Shown: in pieces, positions 1 through 12,055 of the stretch | Numbering within the stretch: position 1 is the first letter of the stretch | Layout of the letters: the number at the start of each line of letters is the position of its first letter | Assembly (NCBI GenBank): GCA_030704615.1 | Contig: CM060731.1 | Span: 24,490,001 to 24,554,000 of the forward strand | Direction of reading: 5' to 3' | Length of the DNA stretch: 64,000 bases | Origin: Takakia lepidozioides | Taxonomy: Eukaryota > Plantae > Bryophyta | Program-made: the position numbers and the translations under genes | Notes under the pieces: model-generated | Database searches by the model: none | The model's input: only the letters and a program-made list of their open reading frames with translations | Told to the model about the DNA's origin: nothing

Positions 1-477
1 CAAAGTACAACATTGCCAAAGCTAGGAAACGGTATGAACAGCAGGCGAATCAGAAGCGGAGGGAGGTTAAGTTTGAGGTAGGCACGGAGGTCTGGTTGAA
101 CATCAAGAATTTTCGACTACCTCCGGAAGTGAGTCCGAAGTTCGTACCTCCGTATGCGGGACCCGTTCGCATCCGGAAGGTTATGAATGAGGATGTGTAT
201 GAATTGCAACTGCCGGCAAACAGCAAGGTACATCCGGTATCGGCATCAAGTGTTGCGTCCGCCACCTGTGCTGTTGGATCATAAAAATGAACTTGAGTAC
301 GAGGTGGTGGCAGTGCTTAAGTCGAGGAGGTTCAAGAATCGAGAAACGGAGTATCTCGTGAAATGGAAGGGCTATCATCATGTGGAGGCATCTTGGGTGC
401 GTGCCTCAGAAATGGGAAACGCATCTGAGGCGGTTGCAGCTTTCAAAAGGCGACCTCAAAAGCGGAAGAAGCGTTGA
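1..477 (+). pseudogene. 3' end of Ty3/gypsy (chromovirus) pol: integrase C-terminus plus chromodomain
   Basis: KFVPPYAGPVRIRKVMNEDVYELQLPANSKVHPV is the GPF/GPY-type integrase tail. EYEVVAVLKSRRFKNRETEYLVKWKGYHHVEASW is a chromodomain. The two parts are frameshifted relative to each other. Confidence 0.9.
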
Positions 478-500
478 TGGGGACATCAACCTTGGATCGT

Positions 501-723
501 GGGGGAGGAAATGCATGCTTAGCCCGGCTTAGCTAGCTCAGGAATCCGATTGCAAAAACTTGTATTGTACAAATTTTGTTATAAATGAAATGGTTTCCAA
601 ATGTTGTGCGTCCTATTTTGTTTGGAATGGTGATGCATGGTATGGTTGGCTAGTGTGTAGAATGCATGCAAAGTGGGAGAGGTAAATTGGATTAATCGTG
701 TGTTTGTGTAGTGCCAAAATCGG
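501..723 (+). repeat. Polypurine tract (501-511) and first part of the chromovirus 3' LTR
   Basis: GGGGGAGGAAA followed by TG at 512, just after the pol stop; interrupted by element B at about 724. Confidence 0.6.
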
Positions 724-1345
724 GGGGGATGCTAGAGTGTGAGCCCAGGAGCCTGGCGTGAGCCCAGGACACGTGGCATGATTTTGGGAAAGATGCGGCG
801 TCTATTTCCGTGGAAGAGGACCCATTGCCGCAGAAACACGTCTTCATCCATATTTACCCTGCAACCCCAAACAGAAACACCAACCCTTGTCAGCCGTAGG
901 GACCCACCTGAACCCCGACAGTGAACCTCGTCATCCCGCCCCTATGCATGATACTGCGCACTGACATCATCCATGGGACCATCCATGCATGCAACATTCA
1001 TCCACAGGTCACATCCAATCTGGCTTTATCCATCCAAAAACATTCATCCTCCATCCATCCAACCAAATATTGGTGTGATGGCATATGTCGAATGACTATC
1101 TACTGGACTATGCACATATTCATCTCTGTTGAAAAACTATTATTGAATGCACACGGTTGAATTGGAGAGCAATGTTTAGAAGGAAAACACTTTCAAATTC
1201 GCAGGTCGCGGGGGAGAGAATGTTTCAATGACAGGATGTGAATTTCATTGTAGTCCGTGCCCATTACAACGGATGGTGGGAAGAGAAATGGTGGTGCAAC
1301 GGAAAACGGAGAGTGTGTCCCCTCATGTTCCATAAATGAATGCCC

Positions 1346-2127
1346 TCAAGTACGTCCGTAGGTGGTGTCAACACTGCTAATGCTACCACCTGAATCTGCT
1401 GAACTGCTAGGAGTACTGCTACCACCTGAAACTGCGGCACTATCATCTATGAAGACCTTTGCGCGGAGGTGCCTGAGCGTCTTCCTGGAACTCCAACGCA
1501 AGGGTGGGGGAGAAAGCACAGCTACATGCACACGAGCAATGCCATCCGCGTAGTCGGGAAGGACATAAATAGGAGGTGGGCTCCAGCATAAGTCCCTCAA
1601 GTATATGGAAGACAGGGGCAACGGGATTGCGTTGACATTCCTGCAATCAGAAATGCACCATTTGGGTAATAATCAGACAACAGAAGGGGACGCGACAGAG
1701 GATATACACAGGGATGAAATAGACAAAAAATGAACTTACTCACATGAAAAGTCATTGTCCAGGTCCTTGTCGTCTCCGTCGAGGATATCAATTTGCGCAG
1801 TGACATCCTTCACACTGGAGGTAGACGAGCCCCCTTGCAACTCGGCGAGTAGGCTAGTGAAAATATCTGCATCTCCTTCCATACCAAACAAGTGCCTGCC
1901 ACCTGCCTTGCAAGCATGTTAAGAAGCGTCTGCAAGAGACAGAATGATGGAATTAGAGTTTTAGAATATTGAGTAAAGGACGTGCAGAAGAAAAGAAATC
2001 GATGACAAAGGCAAGAAGAGAAACCTGTGCCAAGAGTGAGATCTATGATGTGGGCCCCTGGCCGAGAACAACTCTCAATGATCGTTTGGATAAAAGCCGG
2101 GCTTTTTTCACGAGCCCCTCTCCAAGG
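1346..2127 (-). pseudogene. 3' exons of element B ParB-MTase gene (SAM-binding half of the MTase domain)
   Basis: PWRGAREKSPAFIQTIIESCSRPGAHIIDLTLGTG, then GRHLFGMEGD in the next exon (about 1871-1900). Joins in frame to RKPNGTPW at 18907+ once element A is removed. The 3' end is approximate. Confidence 0.85.
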
Positions 2128-2392
2128 GAGGTTTGCTATTTCATGAGCATGAGCGGCATGAGCGGCATGAGCGGCATGAGCAGAGTAGTAACACAATCGG
2201 TTTTCATGAGCAGAAGTACAAATTTCGAAAATAAAAAACAATAAAAAACAATAAAAAACAATAATTTAATGCAATGTGTCAGAAAAAACAAATATATTAT
2301 TCGGCCCCTTGAAGGGAAAATTGCACTTTTGACAGTTGTGCTCATGATATTTTGTCTTCCGCTCATGCCAATTCCTAGCGACATGTGCAAAT

Positions 2393-2752
2393 ATGGCGCC
2401 GAATTTCGCGGTAATAGGGTCCGTAACCTGAAAAAACGGCGACGTATTTCGCGGCAATAGGTCTCTCTGGCGAAAAATGGTGCCGAATTCCGCGGCTATA
2501 GGTCCCCTCATGACAGGTAATTCGGCGCCATTTTTCCAGTGCATGTTCGGACTTAGCCAGTTTTCGGCCCAAAAAAGAGAAATTCGGCGCCATTTTTCCA
2601 GACACGGTACCAGTGCATGTTGGGACTTAGCCAGTTTTCGGCCCCAAAAAGAGAAATTCGGCGCCATTTTCCCAAACACAGGTACCAGTGCATGTTGGGA
2701 CTTAGCGAGTTTTCGGCCCCAAAAAGAGAAATTCGGCGCCATTTTTCCAGAA
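2393..2752. repeat. Subterminal array of AATTCGGCGCC half-palindromes (includes ~76-bp units) in element A
   Basis: Repeated GGGACTTAGCCAGTTTTCGGCCC...GAAATTCGGCGCCATTTT downstream of the transposase stop. Confidence 0.85.
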
Positions 2753-2906
2753 ATGGCCCCAGAACTGCTTCTGTTGGATCTCAGTTTGAATGGAATATTG
2801 CCTCATTCCAGGAGTTTTCGGGTGCATTTCATTACACTGCAAAAAAGAAGTCTGATACAGCAAAATGCATTTGAAAATATCCATATGGAGGATTCCGTTT
2901 GCCCCA

Positions 2907-5900
2907 TCAATGATTTCTGGAATCCCTAAGAAGGAGTTTGTGCAGCTCGTTCACGCTCAACGCCGGTGCATGAATAAAGTCATCAATAGTCACGTTCATC
3001 CTCAACCTCTTCAGGTAAATGTAATACAGATGCTTGCACGGATAATACTTCGAACCCTTCTTTGCTTCCATCAACGAGAAGTCCGTACAGTTGCAAGTCG
3101 GCTCCACTCCAATCGTAATTGTGTATACATCGTCGCGTACAGCCGAGCCGGCCGTTGCCATCCGATACACACGCCCAAGGCCGGGTGGGGGTACGTCCAC
3201 GGAGCTCTGAATAGTGCAAGCCATCCCAAGAGCATTGGCAATCCGAGTCTCATTCAACTTGTTGGGAGGGTGTCGTCTCTTCACTCTTCCGAATCGCATT
3301 GTGGGATGTGCAGAATTGTCCAATCCGTCTCTACTGGACCGAGCAGTATGCAATGGCTGGGTCTGAGGAACCGGAAATGCGTGGGCCGGGATGTCTGTGC
3401 GTTGCACCATTCGAAATCCTGCTGCAGATAGAGCATCCGCCTCATTCTGAGAGAGGCTGCAACCCGGTGCAACAGGCCAGACGCCCGGAGGATCCGGCAT
3501 TCCTTGAATCCCGTACTTGGGCTTGCCAAATACACAGGTCATTATGTCGTGCCTACAGAACCAAAATGTCTGCGTTGTGGCGTGAGCAAATGTGGGAGTC
3601 AAAAATCTGCCGCTGAAACAAGGTGCAGGTACAGCACCGTGTGGGTTCCTCCGAATCATCTCACCACAGCGTGCTCTCGTATCCACCCGGATGGCGCAAC
3701 ACTTCCCTCGAAATGCCGGCAATGTCCTCGCAATTCTCCACTGTGACTCCGACACTCTTGTCTCCACAATGGGAATGTTGTATTGCTTTACTACAGATGG
3801 CTCGTTATGTTACCGGGGCACGCGCCCTGTGCTCAAAGGAGATGGCGATCTTGAACGTGCAGGACTTCCGGTGCTCGACGAGACCTCCTCGGACAACATC
3901 ACCGGACCACGAGGGAGCGTGCGAATATTCTTGTCAGCTCGCCATGAATCCTCTTCTCCGCCAGGTGCCTCGTCAAGTCTTCGTCTCACTGGACGGGTAT
4001 GAACATCTCCTTCCAAATGTTGGCCTCTTCGCAGCAATGGCGTGTCCCGAAGGCCCTCTCGCAAGGCCGCCGCCCACTTCCGAGGATTCTTCGATCTGGA
4101 GGCAGTCCGCATCAGCATTTCCTGCCTGTCCGGCCCCAAGCCCCACTGTTTCCCTTTCAAGAACTCGTTGTACCTACATTGCTGCATAATTGACCTCACA
4201 ATGTCCTCCGTTGTGGCAGTGAGGATGTCCACCAGATGCGCCGCAGAGGAGGCACGCCAGGAAGAGTGCACTGATTCGGCCATGTTTGTCGTGGGCATGT
4301 CGGTGTCGGAGTCGAGACACATTTCCTGCACAAGCACATGTTGAGGTTACAAGCAAGTTACAAATATGGCCAAGAATAATATCCAACGGGACGCGAATTC
4401 GTGCAACTCACCTCCCGCATATAGTCGCCGAACTGGAGGAAACGATAATGCCACCATGCTAGCCAACTGACCATTGCTCCTTCGTCTGATTTCCTTACAG
4501 CACCTGACGATGTCCACCAAGCCCGTATGCATGCAAACTGTGTCTCTGCATCATCCAAGGTGGGAGCGCGCTTCCACGCAAGGCACATGGAACGGTGCTC
4601 CTCTCTGAAATCTGGCGCCACGAGCCTGGTTGTGTACTGCGAAAGGCTCTGCAGAAAGTGGAACCCACAAGATCTCTCCTTGCCTTCCATGGGAACATTG
4701 GGGTCTTGCCCGTACACCCTTCGGATGGCAGCCCAATTTGCTTGTGCGTTGTCCGCCATGAAACCACGGAAATTGGGAGGGGGCAATCCCGCCTTGGCCA
4801 TCTGTTCGTTTATTCCCTGCCAAAGAAGCATCTCCGATTGTGTGTCCTCTCCTTTCATCTCACAAATAGCAATTGTCATTAGCATCCTGCAGTGGGTGTC
4901 GTAGACATGTGCACCCATTGTCACCCACTGGTGATTTGTAATTCGCTTGATATGGTCGAACATGACCCAACTGTTTGACAAGTTCCCACTCGTCATCCTG
5001 TCGACCAGTTCGACGCCACTGCCAGGTCCACACGTGGACATTTTGAATACGAAACAACGATCTGCCTCAGTCCCTTGTCCTGGAAACCTACTTCCATGAA
5101 TGTAGTCATATCCACATCGTCGCTTCACCTCCAGAATGGAGTGCATATCCGAGCCACGCCCAATTTTCTGTTTGCAAGAGACAATGTGGTTTCGGACATT
5201 CGGTGAACATACGTGGGACACCGACTCGAGCAATGCCTCCATTTCCTTCTCGTCGAGAGGAACTCTATCCGAGCCGTCTTCCGCCCTAATTCTGGCCAAT
5301 GCCATCTTATGGGCGGCTTGGAGCTGTATCTGTTTGGGTTTGGCACCCGGTCTCAACTTAACCTCCTCCTGAACGAGCTGCTCTGCTTCGTGGGCAGCCT
5401 CCCGCGAGTTCCCCCTCGCCAATTTGTGACAATGGGAACCAACGTGTATGCAAGCTCGGGTGAGGTCAGGGAAACGGTGCAACACATAGAACTGCTTGGC
5501 ATTACAAACAGACATGCAGTGTGGTGGTTCTTTGCAATGCGCACACTTAAATGTGGAGTTCGGAACCTTCTCCTGAGCTCGAAATGGTTGGTGAGCTGTG
5601 CCTGTCCAATCGGTCTCGTTCCTGTGACCTCTGGATTTAAAGTGGAAGCAAGTTGGGGAGAAACACCGCAACGCGCCCGCACAAACAACGTAGCGCACCC
5701 GCACACCATCAAGCATCTTCATGCTGGTGGTTTTGGTAACGCACCAAGGATGACCGTCATGTTTTCTATCCATATCTGTCAACATTCCGGACGCCCTCGA
5801 GTAGTCCGCCCGAGGAGGGAACTCAAAGAAGACATTACCGTCGACGTCGGCGGGAAGGCATGTAACCGATTTAATTGCGAACTTGCTGTAGTCCAGCCCG

Positions 5901-6499
5901 GCCAGCTCCGACCGGTGTCCCTCCAGGTGAAGCCCTCGCAGAATTTCTAGAATAGATCGAACTGCGGTGCTCGTGCTGGGAATATGACTCCCTCCTCCAC
6001 TGACGTCCATTGAGGACTTGCCTGATCTCCAGGACGACCTCGGAACTTCCATGACCTCGTCTGAGTCGGACAGGTTGTGAACAACCCGGTTCTCGGTCGT
6101 CTTCATGGATGGGTTCGGCTCTGGATTTACTTCGTTGCGGACTTCTCTCTTTGAGGTACCCACTCTCTGATTCGCGGATTGTTTCGTGGAAGGCGCCAGG
6201 ATAGACGGTGCATTTGGCGGGCAAATGAAGTCCCCAACAGCCCTGTATATGACGCTGTCCGATGGTGGAACTCGCCATTCCCTGCCATCGCCGAAATCAT
6301 CGTGGAGCACAACAATACTCTCGACAACAAGGCCGTTTGAGTCCTTCCTTTCCTCCTCCAAAAAAACCGACCCCGGTTTCAGGTGGTATCGAACGCACAG
6401 ATATTTCTCCATCACCCGGCAGGTGTCCCCTCTGCACGGAAATGAAGCTCTATGCTCGTGAGGAGGGCAGTACACTGTAGCGCTCGGGTTTTCCGCCAT
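2907..6499 (-). CDS. MULE-family DDE transposase of element A (GCM-like N-terminal Zn domain, MULE domain, SWIM finger); 2 exons, one premature stop
   Basis: Exon 1 about 6499-4412: DGHPWC..CAGALRC..CAHC..HVGSHCH; WVMFDH; FRGFMADNAQANWAAIRRVY..CGFHF (D..D, CxxH). GT-AG intron 4411-4327. Exon 2 4326-2907: TTNMAESVHSSW (catalytic E) and SWIM CNCTDF..PCKHLYY. In-frame TAA at 3810-3812. Confidence 0.9.
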
Positions 6500-7467
6500 G
6501 GGAGATGTGCACACAAGACTGCCAGGATGGCGTGCGGGGAAGCTCCCTGGTAGAAGGGGGTGCAGTGATGGGAATGAATGCGATGCCGATTTGTCCGAGC
6601 GACGAAGCCTGATCCAAATCCAGGGAGCCAACTATCTCAAAAATCCACAGTCAGAGTGTTAATGAACCTTGTCTCCGGAATGCGGCCCCTCGTCTTTGCG
6701 CAATAACTGCCAACGGTATGCAGTCAGAAAGTGGGGGGCCGTCCGGATGATGACGGCTGAAGGGGATAAGCCGGCACCGTGCCGTCACATTACTACCCCC
6801 GAATGGAAATTCGGCACCCAACATCCAACAGAGGAAGCCCGGATGAAGTCGCCTCGGGCGCAGAGGCCGGAGTGTGTGCGACAGATAACATCTTCTGGAT
6901 GGAGATTCGGCGCCGAATTTCCATCCGGTCCCCCCAAAGGGAGTCGTGTCGGGGGGTCAGGCCGAAAACTGGACGGCATAAAAACATCCCCAGATGGAAA
7001 AACGGCGCCGAATTTCCATCCGGGGCGATTCGGATGCAGTCGGGGAGGGGGGAGTGGCCTGCAGTTGGCTGTCACATTTCAACCCCCGGACGGAAATTCG
7101 GCAACGAATATCGAACAGGGGACGCCCGGATGAAGTCGCCTGGGGCACAGAGGCCGGCCAGTGTGCGACAGAGAACATCCCTGGACGGCCATTCGGCGCC
7201 GAATTTCCATCCGGGCCCCCCCAAAGGAAGTGTTGTCGGCGTGTCAGAGCGAAAACTGGCCGACATAAAAACCTCCACAGATGAGAAAACGGCGCCGAAT
7301 TTCAATTCGGGGCCGTTCCAATGAAGTCGGGGAGGGGGGAGAGGTCGGAACCTGGCAGTCATATTTCAACCCCGGGACGGAAATTCGGCACCGAATATCC
7401 AACAGAGCGGCGGAGAGGCGGCACCTCTCCGACAGAGACCATCCCCCGGATGGAGATTCGGCGCCGA

Positions 7468-9771
7468 NNNNNNNNNNNNNNNNNNNNNNNNNNNNNNNNN
7501 NNNNNNNNNNNNNNNNNNNNNNNNNNNNNNNNNNNNNNNNNNNNNNNNNNNNNNNNNNNNNNNNNNNNNNNNNNNNNNNNNNNNNNNNNNNNNNNNNNNN
7601 NNNNNNNNNNNNNNNNNNNNNNNNNNNNNNNNNNNNNNNNNNNNNNNNNNNNNNNNNNNNNNNNNNNNNNNNNNNNNNNNNNNNNNNNNNNNNNNNNNNN
7701 NNNNNNNNNNNNNNNNNNNNNNNNNNNNNNNNNNNNNNNNNNNNNNNNNNNNNNNNNNNNNNNNNNNNNNNNNNNNNNNNNNNNNNNNNNNNNNNNNNNN
7801 NNNNNNNNNNNNNNNNNNNNNNNNNNNNNNNNNNNNNNNNNNNNNNNNNNNNNNNNNNNNNNNNNNNNNNNNNNNNNNNNNNNNNNNNNNNNNNNNNNNN
7901 NNNNNNNNNNNNNNNNNNNNNNNNNNNNNNNNNNNNNNNNNNNNNNNNNNNNNNNNNNNNNNNNNNNGCACAAACAACGTAGCGCCACCGCACACCATCA
8001 AGCATCAAGCATCTCATGCTGGTGGTTTGGTAACGCACCAAGGATGACCGTCATGTTTTCTATCCAATCTGTCATATCTGTCACATTCCGGACGCCCTCG
8101 AGTAGTCCGCCCGAGGAGGGAACTCAAAGAAGACCTTACCGTCGACGTCGGCGGGAAGGCATGTAACCGATTTAATTGCGAACTTGCTGTAGTCCAGCCC
8201 GGCCAGCTCCGACCGGTGTCCCTCCAGGTGAAGCCCTCGCAGAATTCTAGAATAGATCGAACTGCGGTGCTCGTGCTGGGAATATGACTCCCTCCTCCAC
8301 TGACGTCCATTGAGGACTTGCCTGATTCTCCAGGACGACCTCGGAACTTCCATGACCTCGTCTGAGTCGGACAGGTTGTGAACAACCCGGTTCTCGGTCG
8401 TCTTCATGGATGGGTTCGGCTCTGGATTTACTTCGTTGCGGACTTCTCTCTTTGAGGTACCCACTCTCTGATTCGCGGATTGTTTCGTGGAAGGCGCCAG
8501 GATAGACGGTGCATTTGGCGGGCAAATGAAGTCCCCAACAGCCCTGTATATGACGCTGTCCGATGGTGGAACTCGCCATTCCCTGCCATCGCCGAAATCA
8601 TCGTGGGAGCACAACAATACTCTCGACAACAAGGCCGTTTGAGTCCTTCCTTTCCTCCTCCAAAAAAACCGACCCCGGTTTCAGGTGGTATCGAACGCAC
8701 AGATATTTCTCCATCACCCGGCAGGTGTCCCCTCTGCACGGAAATGAAGCTCTATGCTCGTGAGGAGGGCAGTACACTGTAGCGCTCGGGTTTTCCGCCA
8801 TGGGAGATGTGCACACAAGACTGCCAGGATGGCGTGCGGGGAAGCTCCCTGGTAGAAGGGGGTGCAGTGATGGGAATGAATGCGATGCCGATTTGTCCGA
8901 GCGACGAAGCCTGATCCAAATCCAGGGAGCCAAACTATCTCAAAAATCCACAGTCAGAGTGTTAATGAACCTTGTCTCCGGAATGCGGCCCCTCGTCTTT
9001 GCGCAATAACTGCCAACGGTATGCAGTCAGAAAGTGGGGGGCCGTCCGGATGATGACGGCTGAAGGGGATAAGCCGGCACCGTGCCGTCACATTACTACC
9101 CCCGAATGGAAATTCGGCACCCAACATCCAACAGAGGAAGCCCGGATGAAGTCGCCTCGGCGCAGAGGCCGGAGTGTGTGCGACAGATAACATCTTCTGG
9201 ATGGAGATTCGGCGCCGAATTTCCATCCGGTCCCCCCAAAGGGAGTCGTGTCGGGGGGTCAGGCCGAAAACTGGACGGCATAAAAACATCCCCAGATGGA
9301 AAAACGGCGCCGAATTTCCATCCGGGGCGATTCGGATGCAGTCGGGGAGGGGGGAGTGGCCTGCAGTTGGCTGTCACATTTCAACCCCCGGACGGAAATT
9401 CGGCAACGAATATCGAACAGGGGACGCCCGGATGAAGTCGCCTGGGGCACAGAGGCCGGCCAGTGTGCGACAGAGAACATCCCCTGGACGGCCATTCGGC
9501 GCCGAATTTCCATCCGGGCCCCCCCAAAGGAAGTGTTGTCGGCGTGTCAGAGCGAAAACTGGCCGACATAAAAACCTCCACAGATGAGAAAACGGCGCCG
9601 AATTTCAATTCGGGGCCGTTCCAATGAAGTCGGGGAGGGGGGAGAGGTCGGAACCTGGCAGTCATATTTCAACCCCCGGGACGGAAATTCGGCACCGAAT
9701 ATCCAACAGAGCGGCGGAGAGGCGGCACCTCTCCGACAGAGACCATCCCCCGGATGGAGATTCGGCGCCGA
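7468..9771. other. 500-N assembly gap followed by a near-identical duplicate of 5678-7467 (probable false duplication)
   Basis: 7968-9771 repeats 5678-7467 with only scattered small indels, concentrated at the contig edge. Confidence 0.85.
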
Positions 9772-10439
9772 ATTTCCATCCAGCAGGTAAGTGGAATCTC
9801 GGATGGATGGAGATTCGGCGCCGAATTTCCATCCAGCAGGTAAGTCGGATCGGTGCCATATGGATATTCGGCGCCGAATTTCCATCCTGCAGGTAATTCG
9901 AATCGTGGATGAATGGAAATTCGGCGCCGAATTTCCATCCAGCAGGTAAGTCGGATCGGTGCCATATGGATATTCGGCGCCGAATTTCCATCCTGCAGGT
10001 AATTCGAATCGTGGATGAATGGAAATTCGGCGCCGAATTTCCATCCAGCAGGTAAGTCGGATCGGTGCCATATGGATATTCGGCGCCGAATTTCCATCCA
10101 TGCAGGATTCGAATCGTGATGATGGAAATTCGGCGCCGAATTTCCATATGGCAGGATCCGATTACCTGCTGGATGATTCGGCGCCGAATTCCATTCTGCA
10201 GGATTCGAATCCTGCATGAATGGAAATTCGGCGCCGAATTTCCATCCAGCAGGTAAGTCGGATCGGTGCCATATGGATATTCGGCGCCGAATTTCCATCC
10301 TGCAGGTAATTCGAATCGTGGATGAATGGAAATTCGGCGCCGAATTTCCATCCAGCAGGTAAGTCGGATCGGTGCCATATGGATATTCGGCGCCGAATTT
10401 CCATCCTGCAGGTAATTCGAATCGTGGATGAATGGAAAT

Positions 10440-10890
10440 TCGGCGCCGAATTTCCATCCAGCAGGTAAGTCGGATCAGTGCCGTATGGATATTCGGCGCC
10501 GGATTTCCACTCGCCATTTATTTCTGAGCGAGGAATTACCTTCGTGCAGGTAATTCCCATATAAGAATTACCTTCGTGCAGGTAATTCGCATACAAGAAT
10601 TACCTTGTGCAGGTAATTTCCAGATGACAATTACCTTCCTGCAGGTAATTCCAATCGATGTTTATTCCTCGTCCAGAATTACCTGCACAAGGTAATTCTC
10701 ATCTGGAAATTACCTGCATGAAGGTAATTCTTGTATGTGAATTACCTGCACGAAGGTAATTCTTATATGGGAATTACCTGCACGGAGGTAATTCCTCGCT
10801 CAGAAATAAATGGCGAATCGAAATTCGGCGCCGAATATCCATATGGCACCGATCCGACTTACCTGCAGGATGGAAATTCGGCGCCGAATT
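10440..10890. repeat. Large inverted repeat (dyad centre about 10665) of AATTACCTGC/GCAGGTAATT motifs
   Basis: CGCCATTTATTTCTGAGCGAGGAATTACC (about 10513) is the reverse complement of GGTAATTCCTCGCTCAGAAATAAATGGCG (ending about 10815); the symmetry extends inward and outward. Confidence 0.9.
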
Positions 10891-12055
10891 ACCTGCTTGA
10901 AGGAAATTTGGCGAACCGCCCTACCTGCGCGGATGGAAATTCGGCGCCGGATTTCCATCCGCGCGCATCCGAATTACCTGCTTGAAGGAAATTTGGCGCA
11001 CCGCCCTACCTGCGCGGATGGAAATTCGGCGCCGGATTTCCATCCGGCGCATCCGAATTACCTGCGCGGATGGAAATTCGGCGCCGGATTTCCATCCGGC
11101 GCATCCGAATTACCTGCTTGAAGGAAATTTGGCGCACGCCATCCTACGCGGATGGAAATTCGGCGCCGGATTTCCATCCGCGCGCATCCGAATTACCTGC
11201 GCGGATGGAAATTCGGCGCCGGATTTCCATCCGGCGCATCCGAATTACCTGCTTGAAGGAAATTTGGCGCACCGCCATCCTACGCGGATGGAAATTCGGC
11301 GCCGGATTTCCATCCGCGCGCATCCGAATTACCTGCGCGGATGGAAATTCGGCGCCGGATTTCCATCCGGCGCATCCGAATTACCTGCTTGAAGGAAATT
11401 TGGCGCACCGCCATCCTGCGCGGATGGAAATTCGGCGCCGGATTTCCATCCGCGCGCATCCGAATTACCTGCTTGAAGGAATTTGGCGCACCGCCCCCTG
11501 CGCGGATGGAAATTCGGCGCCGGATTTCCATCCGGCGCATCCGAATTACCTGCGCGGATGGAAATTCGGCGCCGGATTTCCATCCGCGCGCATCCGAATT
11601 ACCTGCTTGAAGGAAATTTGGCGCACCGCCATCCTACGCGGATGGAAATTCGGCGCCGGATTTCCATCCGCGCGCATCCGAATTACCTGCGCGGATGGAA
11701 ATTCGGCGCCGGATTTCCATCCGCGCGCATCCGAATTACCTGCTTGAAGGAAATTTGGCGAACCGCCCTACCTGCGCGGATGGAAATTCGGCGCCGGATT
11801 TCCATCCGCGCGCTTCCGAATTACCTGCGTGAGGGAAATTCCGGGACTGTTTTCGTCTATTTTCTTCCGACATGGAGGGCTTCATCCGACATTTAATTGC
11901 GCAGTTGGGCAATAAATGTCGACGGCCGTCGCTTATTATTCGGGCTGGCGACGCATGGCTTCCTGGACACGTACCCTAAATCTCATGCTATACTTGGCTT
12001 AACATGGTATTCCAGGCATGTACCCCAAAAAAGGAGATCTTTTTGGCTGGGACTT

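Larger units (their letters stand above)
6803..11820. repeat. Intergenic array of the palindrome GGATGGAAATTCGGCGCCGAATTTCCATCC in element A
   Basis: Roughly 35 full or partial copies in 9100-11820. Unit lengths about 97, exactly 53, and 52-53/82-85 bp. A second motif GCAGGTAATT is interleaved. Confidence 0.95.

Noticed and set aside
7968-9771. Second transposase 5' copy as a real tandem duplication
   Set aside because: It flanks a 500-N gap and is near-identical with edge indels; most likely an unmerged contig overlap.
9760-11820. CRISPR-like appearance of regularly spaced palindromes (also 22560-23699)
   Set aside because: Spacers are repeated rather than unique in A, and too long (85-230 bp) in B. 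No cas genes; eukaryotic context.
6669-11896. Many ORFs with MEIRRRISI / GNSAPNF / WKFGAEF repeats
   Set aside because: These are translations of the DNA palindrome in all six frames, not proteins.
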